From the NCBI GenBank assembly GCA_964626665.1, contig CAZVGK010000001.1, positions 141,914-205,913 of the forward strand: a DNA stretch of 64,000 nucleotides, written 5' to 3'. The translations under genes were made by a program, and so were the position numbers. The notes beneath the pieces were generated by a model, which was given only the letters and a program-made list of their open reading frames with translations, made no database searches and was not told the origin of the DNA. This stretch comes from an uncultured Gemmatimonadota bacterium. GTDB taxonomy: Bacteria; SM23-81; DAOVCL01. This document shows positions 29,771-40,000 of this stretch, piece by piece; position 1 is the stretch's first letter; each line of letters starts with the position of its first letter.

Positions 29771-29966
29771 TACAAAACTCCTCGACGGCTACCAAATGGC
29801 TTACCTTCCTCAGCATCCCCCTTATTTGCGGGGTATCCAGATGGGTCACTGTGTGATTTAACCTTTTAATCCCCAAAGCCTTAATGGTTAATTTCTGTCT
29901 GAGTGGATACCCGATCGCACTCTTTCTCTGAGTTATCTTCAATTTTTTGGCCATCCAATCTCCCAA
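29757..29966 (-). CDS. rpmD: 50S ribosomal protein L30
   Basis: [33 protein letters not shown]. Confidence 0.85.
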   Translation of the reverse strand: MGDWMAKKLKITQRKSAIGYPLRQKLTIKALGIKRLNHTVTHLDTPQIRGMLRKVSHLVAVEEFCNDAD

Positions 29967-29999
29967 GAAAAAAATGACGGTTCACCACTGATTACTGAT

Positions 30000-30150
30000 C
30001 CCTGTTTTTCTGTGCATAGTCCGTGGTTATCTGTGGTAAATTATTACTCAATTAACGATTAGCAAGTTAAAATGAAGCCAGAAAATCCTGAGATGCGGGC
30101 CATTTTCCATTGATAATTGTTCATTGACCATTTCTTGGTCTGTCCGTGGT
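30000..30150. repeat. Composite AT-rich intergenic repeat (MITE-like) in the rpsE-rpmD spacer
   Basis: Contains ctgtttttctgtgcatagtccgtggttatctgtggt, then caattaacgattagcaagttaaaatgaa...gaaaatcctga...ttccattgataattg...accatttcttgg...tccgtggtg; related copies at 8565-8710 and 12826-12920. Confidence 0.7.
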
Positions 30151-30155
30151 GAGAA

Positions 30156-30662
30156 TTACGAAAAAAGCTCCTGCAGGGTTATCCCCCTCAGATTGGCCAC
30201 CATCTTGCCATCCCTGAGCCGCAAAAGGCCATTCATCGTGGCCTTAACCACATTATGGGGGTTAGAGGAGCCCAAGGATTTGGTAAGCACATTCTCCACT
30301 CCAGCCACCTCTAATACCGCCCTCACCGGCCCTCCGGCTATAACCCCTGTCCCTGGGGTCGCCGGCTTCATCAGCACTCTGCCTGCTCCAAACCTGCCTA
30401 AGATGGCATGGGGGATGGTTCCCCGGACAAGGGGGATCCTGATCATAGTCTTCCGGGCTGCCTCTGTGGCCTTTTTGATGGCCGCGGCAACCTCTTTGGC
30501 TTTGCCCAACCCTACTCCCACACTTCCCTGCCCATCGCCCACCGCCACCAACGCATTGAAACCAAACCTTCTCCCTCCTTTAACCACCTTGGCCACCCGA
30601 TTTAAGTAGATGAGCTTCTCCTCAAGTTCAATGCCCTCTTCCTCTTCCCTTTTGCCCTTCAA
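30156..30662 (-). CDS. rpsE: 30S ribosomal protein S5
   Basis: [35 protein letters not shown]. Confidence 0.95.
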   Translation of the reverse strand: MKGKREEEEGIELEEKLIYLNRVAKVVKGGRRFGFNALVAVGDGQGSVGVGLGKAKEVAAAIKKATEAARKTMIRIPLVRGTIPHAILGRFGAGRVLMKPATPGTGVIAGGPVRAVLEVAGVENVLTKSLGSSNPHNVVKATMNGLLRLRDGKMVANLRGITLQELFS

Positions 30663-30676
30663 ATTTTTCTCCCTTT

Positions 30677-31057
30677 CTAAAATCTTAATCCCCCTTCCCT
30701 GGCTCCCTCAGCGAGGGCCTTTACCCTTCCATGGTATTTATAGCCCCCGCGGTCGAAGACCACCTTCTCCACCCCTTTCTCCTTTAATTGCCCCGCTAAA
30801 ACCTGACCTAATAGCTTGGCCTTGGCTACCTTACCAGCCAAACCCTTGGCCTGTGGCGAGAGGGTGGGGGAGATGGTGGAGAGGAAGAGTATGGTTTTCT
30901 GAGCTTGGTCGTCGATGATCTGGGCATAGATCTGGCGTAGGCTCCGGTGGACGCTCAATCTGGGGCGCTCGGGGGTGCCCCAGACCCTCTTCCTTACCCT
31001 TCTCTTTCTCCTCTTCCAGGAGAGGATCTTTTTCCTGCTCTTGTCCGTGATTCCCAT
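30677..31057 (-). CDS. rplR: 50S ribosomal protein L18
   Basis: [20 protein letters not shown]. Confidence 0.9.
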   Translation of the reverse strand: MGITDKSRKKILSWKRRKRRVRKRVWGTPERPRLSVHRSLRQIYAQIIDDQAQKTILFLSTISPTLSPQAKGLAGKVAKAKLLGQVLAGQLKEKGVEKVVFDRGGYKYHGRVKALAEGAREGGLRF

Positions 31058-31062
31058 AATCC

Positions 31063-31626
31063 TTAAGCTGCTGTTTTTCCGGCTTTCCGCCGTACCTTTT
31101 CCCCTTTGTATCTAATTCCCTTGCCTTTATAGGGGTCAGGTGGTTGAAATGATCTGAGCTTGGCAGCGATTTGACCCACCAGCTCCTTGTCAATGCCTTT
31201 AACGGTAATCGTCTCCACCACATCCTCCCGCCCCGCCCTAGCCATTAGCTGTACCTCAAGGTTTATCCCCTCAGGAGGTTCAAAGAGAATGGGGTGACAG
31301 TAACCCAACTGGAAGTTGAGCTTGCGGCCGATGAGATCGGCTTTGTAACCAACCCCGATAATCTGTAAGACTTTTTCAAACCCCCGGGATACGCCCTCCA
31401 CCATATTGGCCACCAGGGTTCTGGTCAGGCCATGAAGGGAGCGGTAAAACTTGGTATCAGAAGTACATCGGATGTGGAGCTTCCCCTCCTTCTCCTCCAC
31501 CTGGAGTCCTGCATGGATGCTCCTCTTCAGGATTCCCAGAGGGCCCTTTACCTTTAATATGTCCCCTTTTATCTCTACCTCCACCCCCTGCGGAAGGGGG
31601 ATGGGAGCTTTACCGACCCGCGACAA
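31063..31626 (-). CDS. rplF: 50S ribosomal protein L6
   Basis: [31 protein letters not shown]. Confidence 0.95.
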   Translation of the reverse strand: MSRVGKAPIPLPQGVEVEIKGDILKVKGPLGILKRSIHAGLQVEEKEGKLHIRCTSDTKFYRSLHGLTRTLVANMVEGVSRGFEKVLQIIGVGYKADLIGRKLNFQLGYCHPILFEPPEGINLEVQLMARAGREDVVETITVKGIDKELVGQIAAKLRSFQPPDPYKGKGIRYKGEKVRRKAGKTAA

Positions 31627-31635
31627 TCTTCCCTC

Positions 31636-32034
31636 CTACCATATATAACAGAGAACCTCCCCCCCAACTTCCTCTTTTCTGCAGAGTTTGTCCTGCAAAA
31701 TTCCCTTAGAGGTGGAAAGGATTGCTGTTCCCAAGCCATTTTGTACCCGGGGGACCTTATCCCTTCTTACATAGATCCTTAACCCCGGTTTGCTTATTCT
31801 CTTGAGGCCAGATATTACCGGGAGACCGTCAGGGGTATACCTCAGATAGATCCGCAACTTCCCCCGCCCCTCTTCCTCTAATTTCTTATAGTCAGCTATG
31901 TACTTCTCCTCCAAGAGAATCTGGGTTAGCTTCTCCTTAATTCTCGATGAGGGAAGTTCCACCGTGGCCAATCTGGCCTGGAGGCCATTTCTGATTCTGG
32001 TCAGCATATCTGCTATGGGATCTGTCATAGTCAT
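31636..32034 (-). CDS. rpsH: 30S ribosomal protein S8
   Basis: DPIADMLTRIRNG. Confidence 0.95.
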   Translation of the reverse strand: MTMTDPIADMLTRIRNGLQARLATVELPSSRIKEKLTQILLEEKYIADYKKLEEEGRGKLRIYLRYTPDGLPVISGLKRISKPGLRIYVRRDKVPRVQNGLGTAILSTSKGILQDKLCRKEEVGGEVLCYIW

Positions 32035-32046
32035 CGGCTTATCCCT

Positions 32047-32232
32047 TTACCAACTTGCCTTGGCCACGCCAGGGATTTCCCCGCGCAGGGCCAACTCCCG
32101 GAAGCATATTCTGCAGAGCCCAAATTTCCTCATATAGGCCCGGGAACGGCCGCAACGGGGACATCTGTTGTACTTTCTCACCTTGAACTTGGGTTCTCTC
32201 TTCGCTTTTACCTTTAAGGACTTCTTGGCCAA
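32047..32232 (-). CDS. rpsN: 30S ribosomal protein S14, zinc-binding type Z (61 aa)
   Basis: [20 protein letters not shown] zinc ribbon; position between rplE and rpsH. Confidence 0.9.
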   Translation of the reverse strand: MAKKSLKVKAKREPKFKVRKYNRCPRCGRSRAYMRKFGLCRICFRELALRGEIPGVAKASW

Positions 32233-32246
32233 TCCTTCTCCTTTCG

Positions 32247-32395
32247 TAACAGTTTACCACGGAATCTCACGGAAAAAAGCAATTAAGAATTGAAAATTAA
32301 AAATGAAACTTATGCTGGCCCCTCCTGATCTCTGAAGACTGATCTCTGTTTTTCTGTGCTAGTCCGTGGTCATCCGTGGTGAAATATTCTCTCCT
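32247..32395. repeat. Intergenic repeat block in the rplE-rpsZ spacer
   Basis: 32247-32312 is the near-exact reverse complement of 1146-1205; 32345-32390 matches the ctgtttttctgtgc-tagtccgtggt block at 30000-30043. Confidence 0.7.
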
Positions 32396-32397
32396 TT

Positions 32398-32937
32398 CTA
32401 CCTTCTGAGGGGCATACCCATCGCTCCTAAAAGCTCCAAGGCCTCTTCATCCGTTTTGGCCGTGGTGGCAATGGTAATGTCCATTCCTCTCAGTTTCTCC
32501 ACCTTATCGTAGTTTATCTCTGGGAAGATGACCTGTTCCTTAATTCCCAAGGTATAATTCCCCCGGCCATCAAAGGATTTTACGGGAAGCCCCCTAAAAT
32601 CCCTGATCCGAGGTATGGCTACATTAACCAATCTGTCCCAGAATTCATACATTCTCTCTCCGCGCAGGGTCACCTTGCACCCAATGGCCATTCCCGCCCT
32701 TAGCCGGAAGTTGGAGATGGATTTTTTAGCCCTGGTGATTACCGGCCTCTGCCCGGCAATCATAGTCAGATCATCCACGGCCGCATCCAGGAGCTTCGGG
32801 TTCTGAATGGCATCCCCTACTCCCATATTTATCACTATCTTCTCTAACTTAGGGGTCTGCAAGGGGTTCTTGTAGCCGAACTTCTTGCTTAAAAGGGGAA
32901 TTACCTCTTTGTTGTAATATTCCTTTAACCTGGCCAT
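32398..32937 (-). CDS. rplE: 50S ribosomal protein L5
   Basis: [43 protein letters not shown]; start set at MARLKEYY. Confidence 0.9.
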   Translation of the reverse strand: MARLKEYYNKEVIPLLSKKFGYKNPLQTPKLEKIVINMGVGDAIQNPKLLDAAVDDLTMIAGQRPVITRAKKSISNFRLRAGMAIGCKVTLRGERMYEFWDRLVNVAIPRIRDFRGLPVKSFDGRGNYTLGIKEQVIFPEINYDKVEKLRGMDITIATTAKTDEEALELLGAMGMPLRR

Positions 32938-32938
32938 A

Positions 32939-33250
32939 TTAACCCAAAAGCTCCCCACACCGTTTGCAGTATCTACCCTTGCTTCCATCAGGAAGGACCC
33001 TGATGCCCATCTTTACCCCGCGGGCACAGTTGTTGCACCAGACCAGCACATTGGAGGCATTAATGGGGCCCTCCTTCGTTAAGATTCCCCCTTGTTGCCT
33101 TGTCTGGGTGGGTTTAGTGTGTCGTTTGACGAAGTTAACCCCTTCCACAATCAAGGCTCCCTTTTTGTGAAAGACCTTGAGAACTTTGCCGGTTTTTCCC
33201 TTATACTCACCCTCAGTGACTACTACTGTGTCTCCTTTTTTGGCCTTCAT
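32939..33250 (-). CDS. rplX: 50S ribosomal protein L24 with an apparent C-terminal Cys4 zinc ribbon
   Basis: KOW region [26 protein letters not shown]; C-terminus VWCNNCARG...[10 protein letters not shown]. Confidence 0.85.
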   Translation of the reverse strand: MKAKKGDTVVVTEGEYKGKTGKVLKVFHKKGALIVEGVNFVKRHTKPTQTRQQGGILTKEGPINASNVLVWCNNCARGVKMGIRVLPDGSKGRYCKRCGELLG

Positions 33251-33615
33251 ATAACCTCAGGGGCTAAAGATACGATCTTCATAAACTCCTTTTCCCGCAA
33301 CTCCCGGGCTACAGGACCAAAGATCCTGGTTCCCTTGGGCTCCCTCTGATCATCGATCAAGACAGCGGCATTATCGCCAAACCTGATGTAAGAGCCATCA
33401 TCCCTTCTCAGTTCCTTCTTTGTCCTGACCACCACTGCCTTGACCACATCCCCTTTCTTAATCGGACTGCCGGGTAGGGCACTTTTTACGGAAACGACTA
33501 TTATATCGCCAATAGAGCCAAACCTGCGGCGAGAACCCCCTAAAATTCTCAGACATTGGATCGTCCTGGCTCCGGAGTTGTCGGCCACATTTAGTTTAGT
33601 GTACTCCTGGATCAT
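33247..33615 (-). CDS. rplN: 50S ribosomal protein L14
   Basis: [27 protein letters not shown]. Confidence 0.95.
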   Translation of the reverse strand: MIQEYTKLNVADNSGARTIQCLRILGGSRRRFGSIGDIIVVSVKSALPGSPIKKGDVVKAVVVRTKKELRRDDGSYIRFGDNAAVLIDDQREPKGTRIFGPVARELREKEFMKIVSLAPEVI

Positions 33616-33895
33616 CTCCCTTTGCCTCCAAAATCCTCCCCTTCTGCAGGATCTCCACCACCCGCCACCTTTTCTCCTTGCTCAGTGGCTTGGTTTCCAT
33701 AACCTTTACCAGGTCTCCCACCTGGCATAAATTCCCCTCATCATGGGCCTTAAACCTTGAGGTTTTCTTAATTGTCTTGCCATAAAGGGGATGTTTAAGC
33801 AACCTCTCCACAGCCACCACCACGGTCTTATCCATGCCATTCCGCATTACCCGGCCCACCATCGTCTTCCTTCTCCCTCGGTTACTCCCGGACAT
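33596..33895 (-). CDS. rpsQ: 30S ribosomal protein S17
   Basis: [40 protein letters not shown]; exact start uncertain. Confidence 0.85.
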   Translation of the reverse strand: MSGSNRGRRKTMVGRVMRNGMDKTVVVAVERLLKHPLYGKTIKKTSRFKAHDEGNLCQVGDLVKVMETKPLSKEKRWRVVEILQKGRILEAKGDDPGVH

Positions 33896-34115
33896 CGCTC
33901 TTCTCCTTGCTGGCCAGTGCCCGTATGCCCAAGTGATCCTCTTGCAGGATAGTCCTCACCCGGGCCAGATCCCTTCTGGCCATCCTTAACCTAAGGGGAT
34001 TTTCCAGTTTCCCCATAAAATTCTGGATCCTCAGGTTAAAGATCTCCTCCTGTAAGTCCCTCTCCCACTGGAGGACCTCATCCTTGGTCAGCTCCCGGAT
34101 CTTCTCTGGTTTCAT
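33882..34115 (-). CDS. rpmC: 50S ribosomal protein L29
   Basis: 77 aa helical protein; position between rplP and rpsQ. Confidence 0.85.
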   Translation of the reverse strand: MKPEKIRELTKDEVLQWERDLQEEIFNLRIQNFMGKLENPLRLRMARRDLARVRTILQEDHLGIRALASKEKSDVRE

Positions 34116-34528
34116 AGGACTCCCTCTTGGGTGAGAAGCCTGGTCTTAATGGGCAATTTATAGGCGGCCAATTGCAGGGCCTCCTTGGCCAGATCCTTAG
34201 GGACACCTCCCAACTCAAAGAGAATCCTCCCCGGCTTGACCACTGCCACCCAGTATTCCGGTGAGCCCTTTCCTTTGCCCATTCTGGTTTCCGCGGGTTT
34301 GACAGTAACGGGTTTATCAGGGAAGATCCTAGTCCAGACTTTTCCCCCTCTTTTCACCTTTCTGGTCATCGCCACCCTGGCTGCCTCTATCTGCCGATTG
34401 GTTATCCAGGCCGGTTCCAGGGCCTGAATGGCGTATTCGCCGAAGTTTATCTCTGAGCCCCGATAGGACTTGCCCTTCATCCGGCCCCTCTGTTGTTTTC
34501 TAAATTTTACCCTTTTGGGCATTAACAT
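34112..34528 (-). CDS. rplP: 50S ribosomal protein L16
   Basis: [19 protein letters not shown]. Confidence 0.95.
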   Translation of the reverse strand: MLMPKRVKFRKQQRGRMKGKSYRGSEINFGEYAIQALEPAWITNRQIEAARVAMTRKVKRGGKVWTRIFPDKPVTVKPAETRMGKGKGSPEYWVAVVKPGRILFELGGVPKDLAKEALQLAAYKLPIKTRLLTQEGVL

Positions 34529-34555
34529 CCTATTGCCTCCTGACCAACCTCTCCT

Positions 34556-35206
34556 CTATAAAGCGGGTACGGCTCCCTTTTCAGGTAAGATCTCCCCTTT
34601 GTAAATCCAGATCTTGACCCCTATGCAACCATAGGTTGTATGAGCAGTGGCTTCACCGTAGTCAATGTCTGCCCTCAAGGTATGCAAAGGGACCCTCCCC
34701 TCCTTGTACTCCTCCTTGCGGGACATCTCTGCCCCCCCTATGCGCCCCTTGCAGGCTATCCTAAATCCGGCTGCTCCCATTCTCATTGCCGAAGTCACGG
34801 CCTTTTTCATCGCTCGGCGGAAGAACACCCTTCCCTCTAATTGGCGGGCTATGTTCTCGGAGACTAGCTGGGCGTCCAGCTCCGGTCGTTTGATCTCCAG
34901 TATATTGAGCATCATTTCCCTTTTCACTAGGTGTTGGAGCTCCCCCTTCAATTTCTCTACCTCCACCCCCTTACGGCCAATGACTACTCCCGGACGGGCG
35001 GTGTGCAGGTTTATGGTAACCTTTTTTGGGGTGCGGGTAATCTCCACTGAGGAAACCTCAGCATTTTTTAGTCGTCGTTTGATGTAGGCCCTGATCATTA
35101 AGTCCTCTTGTAAAAGCTGCGGGAAATCCCTCTTGGCGAACCAATTCGACTGCCAGCTTTTAATAACTTTCAACCTGAATCCTATGGGGTGAGTCTTCTG
35201 TCCCAA
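34556..35206 (-). CDS. rpsC: 30S ribosomal protein S3
   Basis: [24 protein letters not shown]; KH domain. Confidence 0.95.
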   Translation of the reverse strand: MGQKTHPIGFRLKVIKSWQSNWFAKRDFPQLLQEDLMIRAYIKRRLKNAEVSSVEITRTPKKVTINLHTARPGVVIGRKGVEVEKLKGELQHLVKREMMLNILEIKRPELDAQLVSENIARQLEGRVFFRRAMKKAVTSAMRMGAAGFRIACKGRIGGAEMSRKEEYKEGRVPLHTLRADIDYGEATAHTTYGCIGVKIWIYKGEILPEKGAVPAL

Positions 35207-35291
35207 ATAAGTCCTCCTTTAAGTTAACCGTAATGTAAAAATGTTGGTTTACAGGATCTTTGTTTGTCTTGTCTATAAAAAAGGTGTTTAG

Positions 35292-35642
35292 CTAATCCCT
35301 GGTATCAGAGACCACTACGGTGATGTGGCTTGTCCTTCTCCTTATCCGCACTACCCTGCCCATTGTCTGGGGGCGAAACCTCTTCATAGTTGGTCCCTCA
35401 TCGGCCGTTGCCTTCTTAATAAACAGATCCTCAACGCTCAACTTTGAACTGCCCTCTATGTTGATGGCATTGGCTACAGCGGACTTTATCACCTTCTCCA
35501 AAAACCTGGAGGGCCGTTTTGGGGTAAACTGCAATATCTGGAGGGCGGAATTCACATCCTTCCCCCTGACCAGGTTTGTATACCTGCGGAGTTTATGGGG
35601 GGAAATTCTCTGATATTTTGCTACTGCAGTTGCTTCCATCAC
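35292..35642 (-). CDS. rplV: 50S ribosomal protein L22
   Basis: [38 protein letters not shown]. Confidence 0.9.
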   Translation of the reverse strand: MMEATAVAKYQRISPHKLRRYTNLVRGKDVNSALQILQFTPKRPSRFLEKVIKSAVANAINIEGSSKLSVEDLFIKKATADEGPTMKRFRPQTMGRVVRIRRRTSHITVVVSDTRD

Positions 35643-35926
35643 CTTGGTGCCGTCGATCGTTCCGTTATCCTCCCACTGTGTCCCCGGAAGATTCGAGTGG
35701 GAGCGAACTCACCTAACTTGTGGCCCACCAAATTCTCGGAGATGTATACCGGCATAAATTTGTTGCCGTTGTGGATGGCTAAGGTGTGGCCGACGAAATC
35801 TGGGGTTATTGTTGAGCGTCGCGACCAGGTTTTGATTACCTTCTTCTGCCCGGTCTCATTGAGAAGTTTGATCTTCTTTAAGAGTTTAGCGTCAACATAG
35901 GGGCCCTTTTTCACCGATCTGGGCAT
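35639..35926 (-). CDS. rpsS: 30S ribosomal protein S19
   Basis: [19 protein letters not shown]. Confidence 0.95.
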   Translation of the reverse strand: MPRSVKKGPYVDAKLLKKIKLLNETGQKKVIKTWSRRSTITPDFVGHTLAIHNGNKFMPVYISENLVGHKLGEFAPTRIFRGHSGRITERSTAPR

Positions 35927-35928
35927 TT

Positions 35929-36750
35929 TTAACCTCTCCTTCTGACTATGAGCTTATCCGAGGCCTTCTTCTTCCTTGTTTTATATCCCTTAGTGGCCAC
36001 TCCCCAGGGGGTGGTGGGATGCCTTCCTCCCGAGCTTTTCCCCTCACCTCCACCCATAGGGTGGTCAACGGGGTTCATGGCAACACCTCTGACTTTTGGG
36101 CGACGGCCCAGCCAACGGGTCTTTCCTGCCGTGCCAAAGGAGATCTTTTCGTGGTCTGGATTGCCTACCGTCCCAATGGTGGCTCCACATTGAGAGGGAA
36201 AGTTCCTTACTTCCCCGGAGGGAAGCCGCAACTGCACCCGTCTCCCTTCCTTGGCGACCACCTGGGCCCCCGCGCCTGCCCCCCGGACAATTTGCCCTCC
36301 CTTCCCTGGTTTGAGCTCCACATTGTGCACTATGGTGCCTAGGGGAACTCTTATTAGGGGAAGAAAATTGCCCACTCTGATCTCGGCCTGGGGTCCGGAG
36401 CTGATGCTGTCTCCTGGCTTGAGCCCTAGGGGGGCAATTATGTATCTCTTCTCCCCGTCCGCATAATTGAGCAAGGCTATCCTTGCCGAGCGGTTGGGAT
36501 CATACTCAATGGAGGCCACCTTGGCTGGGATACCGAACTTGTCCCTTCTGAAGTCGATGATCCGATAGCGCCTCTTGTGCCCTCCCCCGCGATGTCGCAT
36601 GGTTATCCTTCCCCTGTTGTTCCTCCCTCCCTTTTTCTTCAGGGGACGGAGAAGCGGCTTCTCCGGTTGGGTCCTGGTCAACTCCTCAAATGTGGGGGAG
36701 GTCTTAAACCTCATCCCTGAGGTGATTGGATTTAGCTTCTTAATGGCCAT
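35929..36750 (-). CDS. rplB: 50S ribosomal protein L2
   Basis: [25 protein letters not shown]...; conserved C-terminal GGGEGK. Confidence 0.95.
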   Translation of the reverse strand: MAIKKLNPITSGMRFKTSPTFEELTRTQPEKPLLRPLKKKGGRNNRGRITMRHRGGGHKRRYRIIDFRRDKFGIPAKVASIEYDPNRSARIALLNYADGEKRYIIAPLGLKPGDSISSGPQAEIRVGNFLPLIRVPLGTIVHNVELKPGKGGQIVRGAGAGAQVVAKEGRRVQLRLPSGEVRNFPSQCGATIGTVGNPDHEKISFGTAGKTRWLGRRPKVRGVAMNPVDHPMGGGEGKSSGGRHPTTPWGVATKGYKTRKKKASDKLIVRRRG

Positions 36751-36839
36751 AACTTCTTTCTCAATTTAAGCGTTTCGCTAAAGCCTTAAACACGAATTCC
36801 ACAAATATACAAATAGCACGAACTACAATTCTTGTAAAT

Positions 36840-36900
36840 TCCCAGGGGATCTGTTTTTAGGGATCCTCACTCTTAATTCACATTTCTGTTTTTCTCTGAG
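36840..36900. repeat. Short AT-rich repeat in the rplB upstream spacer, shared with 43105-43150
   Basis: aggatcctcactcttaattcacatttctgtttttctctgagggatcc here versus aggatcctcattcttaattcaaaattcttaattgcc at 43110-43146. Confidence 0.5.
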
Positions 36901-37025
36901 GGATCCCACTAATCAGCAGTCAGCTCCCCCCAATTTCCAATTTTCGCCCTTACGAGTATCGACTCTTCTATTCATGTAGATTCGTTTATTCGTGTCATTT
37001 GTGTTCTAAAGCTTCTACTTTGGCC

Positions 37026-40000
37026 TTATTTGAGTAACACCATTTTTCTGGTAAGCGAGAAATCTCCTGCTTGAAAACGGCAAAAATAGATACCACTTGT
37101 CACCTCTTTTCCACTCCGATCCTTGCCATCCCAGTAAGTTTTGTAATACCCACTTGACTTATCCTCATCCACCAGAGTTTTCACTAATTGCCCTTTTATA
37201 TTATAGATCTTGAGGGTCACATAGGTGTTTCCCGCGAGTCCGTAATTGATCTCCGTGATTAGGTTAAAAGGATTAGGGTAGTTCTGGGAGAGGGTAAACA
37301 CAGATGGCACTGGAGATTCGTTGCACGAGGGTACGGACTTTTTATCCTCTCGAACATAATGGCCGGTGGTGACCAGGACGAAATCCCTCTCATAATCACT
37401 CAACTGCTTGGGGGCAGAAAAGGCCAGCCTCACCTCTTGCCCAGGAATCAACTCGGCATAGACTCCATCTGGCTGCAAAAGGGACTTCAGGACAGAACCA
37501 TTTGCTGAGTGAAGGGCCTTAGCCAGTGGACAACTCCGAATCTTTAAGGACACATCTTCAGCCCCAACCAGCCCAATAAAATCTAAATCATAAGGTATCT
37601 GCCAAAGGAGACGCACCTCTACCTCTCTCCCCTCAGATACTCTCCATGGCAACTCTACCAACTCCGTATACTTGTTCTCCCTATAACTGATTCCCAATAC
37701 TGTCTGAGATTTGGGGAAATCATCTCCAATAATCAACATAGGTTCCGCTTTGGGACGCCTTTTGCTCTGGTCTTTAGCAACCGTTCCACCTATGACCAAG
37801 GCCACTTTCCTAATCCCTTTAACCTGGCCGAAATTAACCGTGAGCTCATCCCCTCCTCTCCCCCTGAAAACCAGACCATCCGCCGCTGAAACATATTTTG
37901 AGAATTCTCCACCCAAAGAATCAACAGCAGATATTGGGCCAGTCAGCTTCTTGTAACCCAATATCTTTCCCGATGTGCTAACTGCAACCTTAACTTCAGA
38001 TGGATGCTCCACCGCCATAAGCTGTAGCTGATCGATCCAGGAGTGTTCATTTTCAAATTCGCGAAGCTCAAGATAGTAGTTTCCGTCTTCAGGGACAAGG
38101 GGTTGTTGAAGCTGGTAGTAATCGCTTATGTCCTTACCCTCATTCTCCAGCAGTTCAGCAAGAGGTAGAAGGTTATTGTCCTCTACACTCTTCTCTCCAT
38201 CCCAGGTAAACACATAGGGACAACCATTGTAGGGCGAATGATGATGATAAAAAGCTCCCATATCTGCCCTTGTCCCATCAGGATCCTTTGGACTAAGGGG
38301 ATAACCTGTATCTATGCAAGGTGAACCCGCTTGTAGGTGATAATCACCATTGGCAGAATTTAAGAACATTGGATCAGCAGATATATCTTCTCTACCTACT
38401 GCACAACCCTGGTAGTTAACGCCATTACCCCATAGGTCATTGTAAGATATGTTTGGGAAAAGATCAACATCACTATAAATACCATAATCGCTATTACTGG
38501 TGATTATGGTATTTGTAATAGTCAGATAGCAGTTATCAATGCATCGAATACCCGTGTTATTACCAGGGATCGTGTTGTTGATAATATTTGGACAGCATTG
38601 TAGTGTGCATTGAACAGCAATATTATTATTAGTGAGCAAATTCCTCTCAATATCGGGGGAGGCAGAAAACATACAACCTATCCCAAAATGTGACATATCG
38701 GTAATGGTATTACTACGGATTTTGCAGAGATGAGATGATGACCCCCAGCAGAGGATACCATAGGTATCATCACCGTTGCCAAGGATTGAGTTGTTACTAA
38801 TAGTTAGATAGTTAGAAGTAGGTGAGCAGGCTAATCCCTCGTTTTCAACAGTAATCTTATTGTGGGAAATCTCCCCCCACCCATTAGCGACAACAGCATA
38901 TTGACAGTGACTTATCTCGCTGTTGCTTATGGTGGCAAATGAATTGAACCAGACCCCTTGATAGGCGTCTTTTATGGCGCAAAAATTTAAAGTTAAATTA
39001 CCACCATCGCCAATATGGGTGGATATCCCTCCCCAATCTGAGATAGAAGGGGCCGAAGTATTTGATGAACAAAAGGTAATTTCGTAGTCATCTACCCCGA
39101 TAGCCCTTAATGCCCCATCCACCAAAAGCTCACATTTATCTGGATAAAGCCCTATATTTTGGACATCACTATTTGCCGAGAAGTAAACAGTAACCCCAGG
39201 GTCTATAGTGAGGAGGGCTCCATCATCCACAGTTACATCGCCATATACATAGATGTCCCCTGACCAGGTGGTGTTTTCAGTAATATGTCCATGAACTCCA
39301 CATGCAAGTTCGGTTTCATAAGGTATGTTGTTGTGTTTAGTAACTGTAACCTTCAACTCATCATAGGTGGAAAAAGAGGTGTTGAAGGTCGCCTCTCCGT
39401 TAGCATCGGTATATTGGATTTCGTGATAGTCCTCACTCTCTTTCCATAGACATACCAAGGCATCCGGAACACCAGCATTGATAGTAATACTGCTGGGGCC
39501 GATCTGATAGAAGCAGGGATGGGAGACGGCAAGAGGTTGAGGCACCCCTGTCCAGATCCGCAGGGCCGGATCCCCAAGGACATGGAAATCCTCGAACTCA
39601 ACCCTGGTTACCTCGGGGGTAGGTGCCCATTTTGAAGGATATCCTGCCCCACCTGTGAGGACATATTTGTCGAACATCCAGAACTTGCCGTAGTTCAGGA
39701 TCGCACCCAACCGGTCTGTCGGGCTACCGATCTGTGTGCCGCAGTACCCGGGGTCGAAGTCGTCCCAGATGGCGTCGTAGAACCCCTTGCAAAGCTCATC
39801 GTTATACCCGCTGTAGCTGATCCTGGTCGAGCCGATGAAGCCCACAACCCCCTTCCCCTGGGCCTTCAACAGTGCCTCTCCCAGGCAATCCGTGATCAGA
39901 TAATCGGGGGAGTCCAGATCGGTCTCCCCATCGAACCATCCGGTCCGGCAATTAATGCTGAACATCACCGGGAGCTTATCACCGTTACCCAGGCTGGGAA

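Noticed and set aside
24609-36769. Many ORF-track entries on the + strand overlapping the - strand ribosomal genes (for example 26245-26547, 30124-30609, 34665-35087, 36019-36342)
   Set aside because: They lie antisense to strongly supported ribosomal protein genes and have no recognisable motifs or RBS; typical shadow ORFs.
36790-36815. Candidate sigma-70 -10 hexamer (TATATT on the - strand) upstream of rplB that could restart transcription after the insert
   Set aside because: No convincing -35 element at the correct spacing; too weak to annotate without transcript data.
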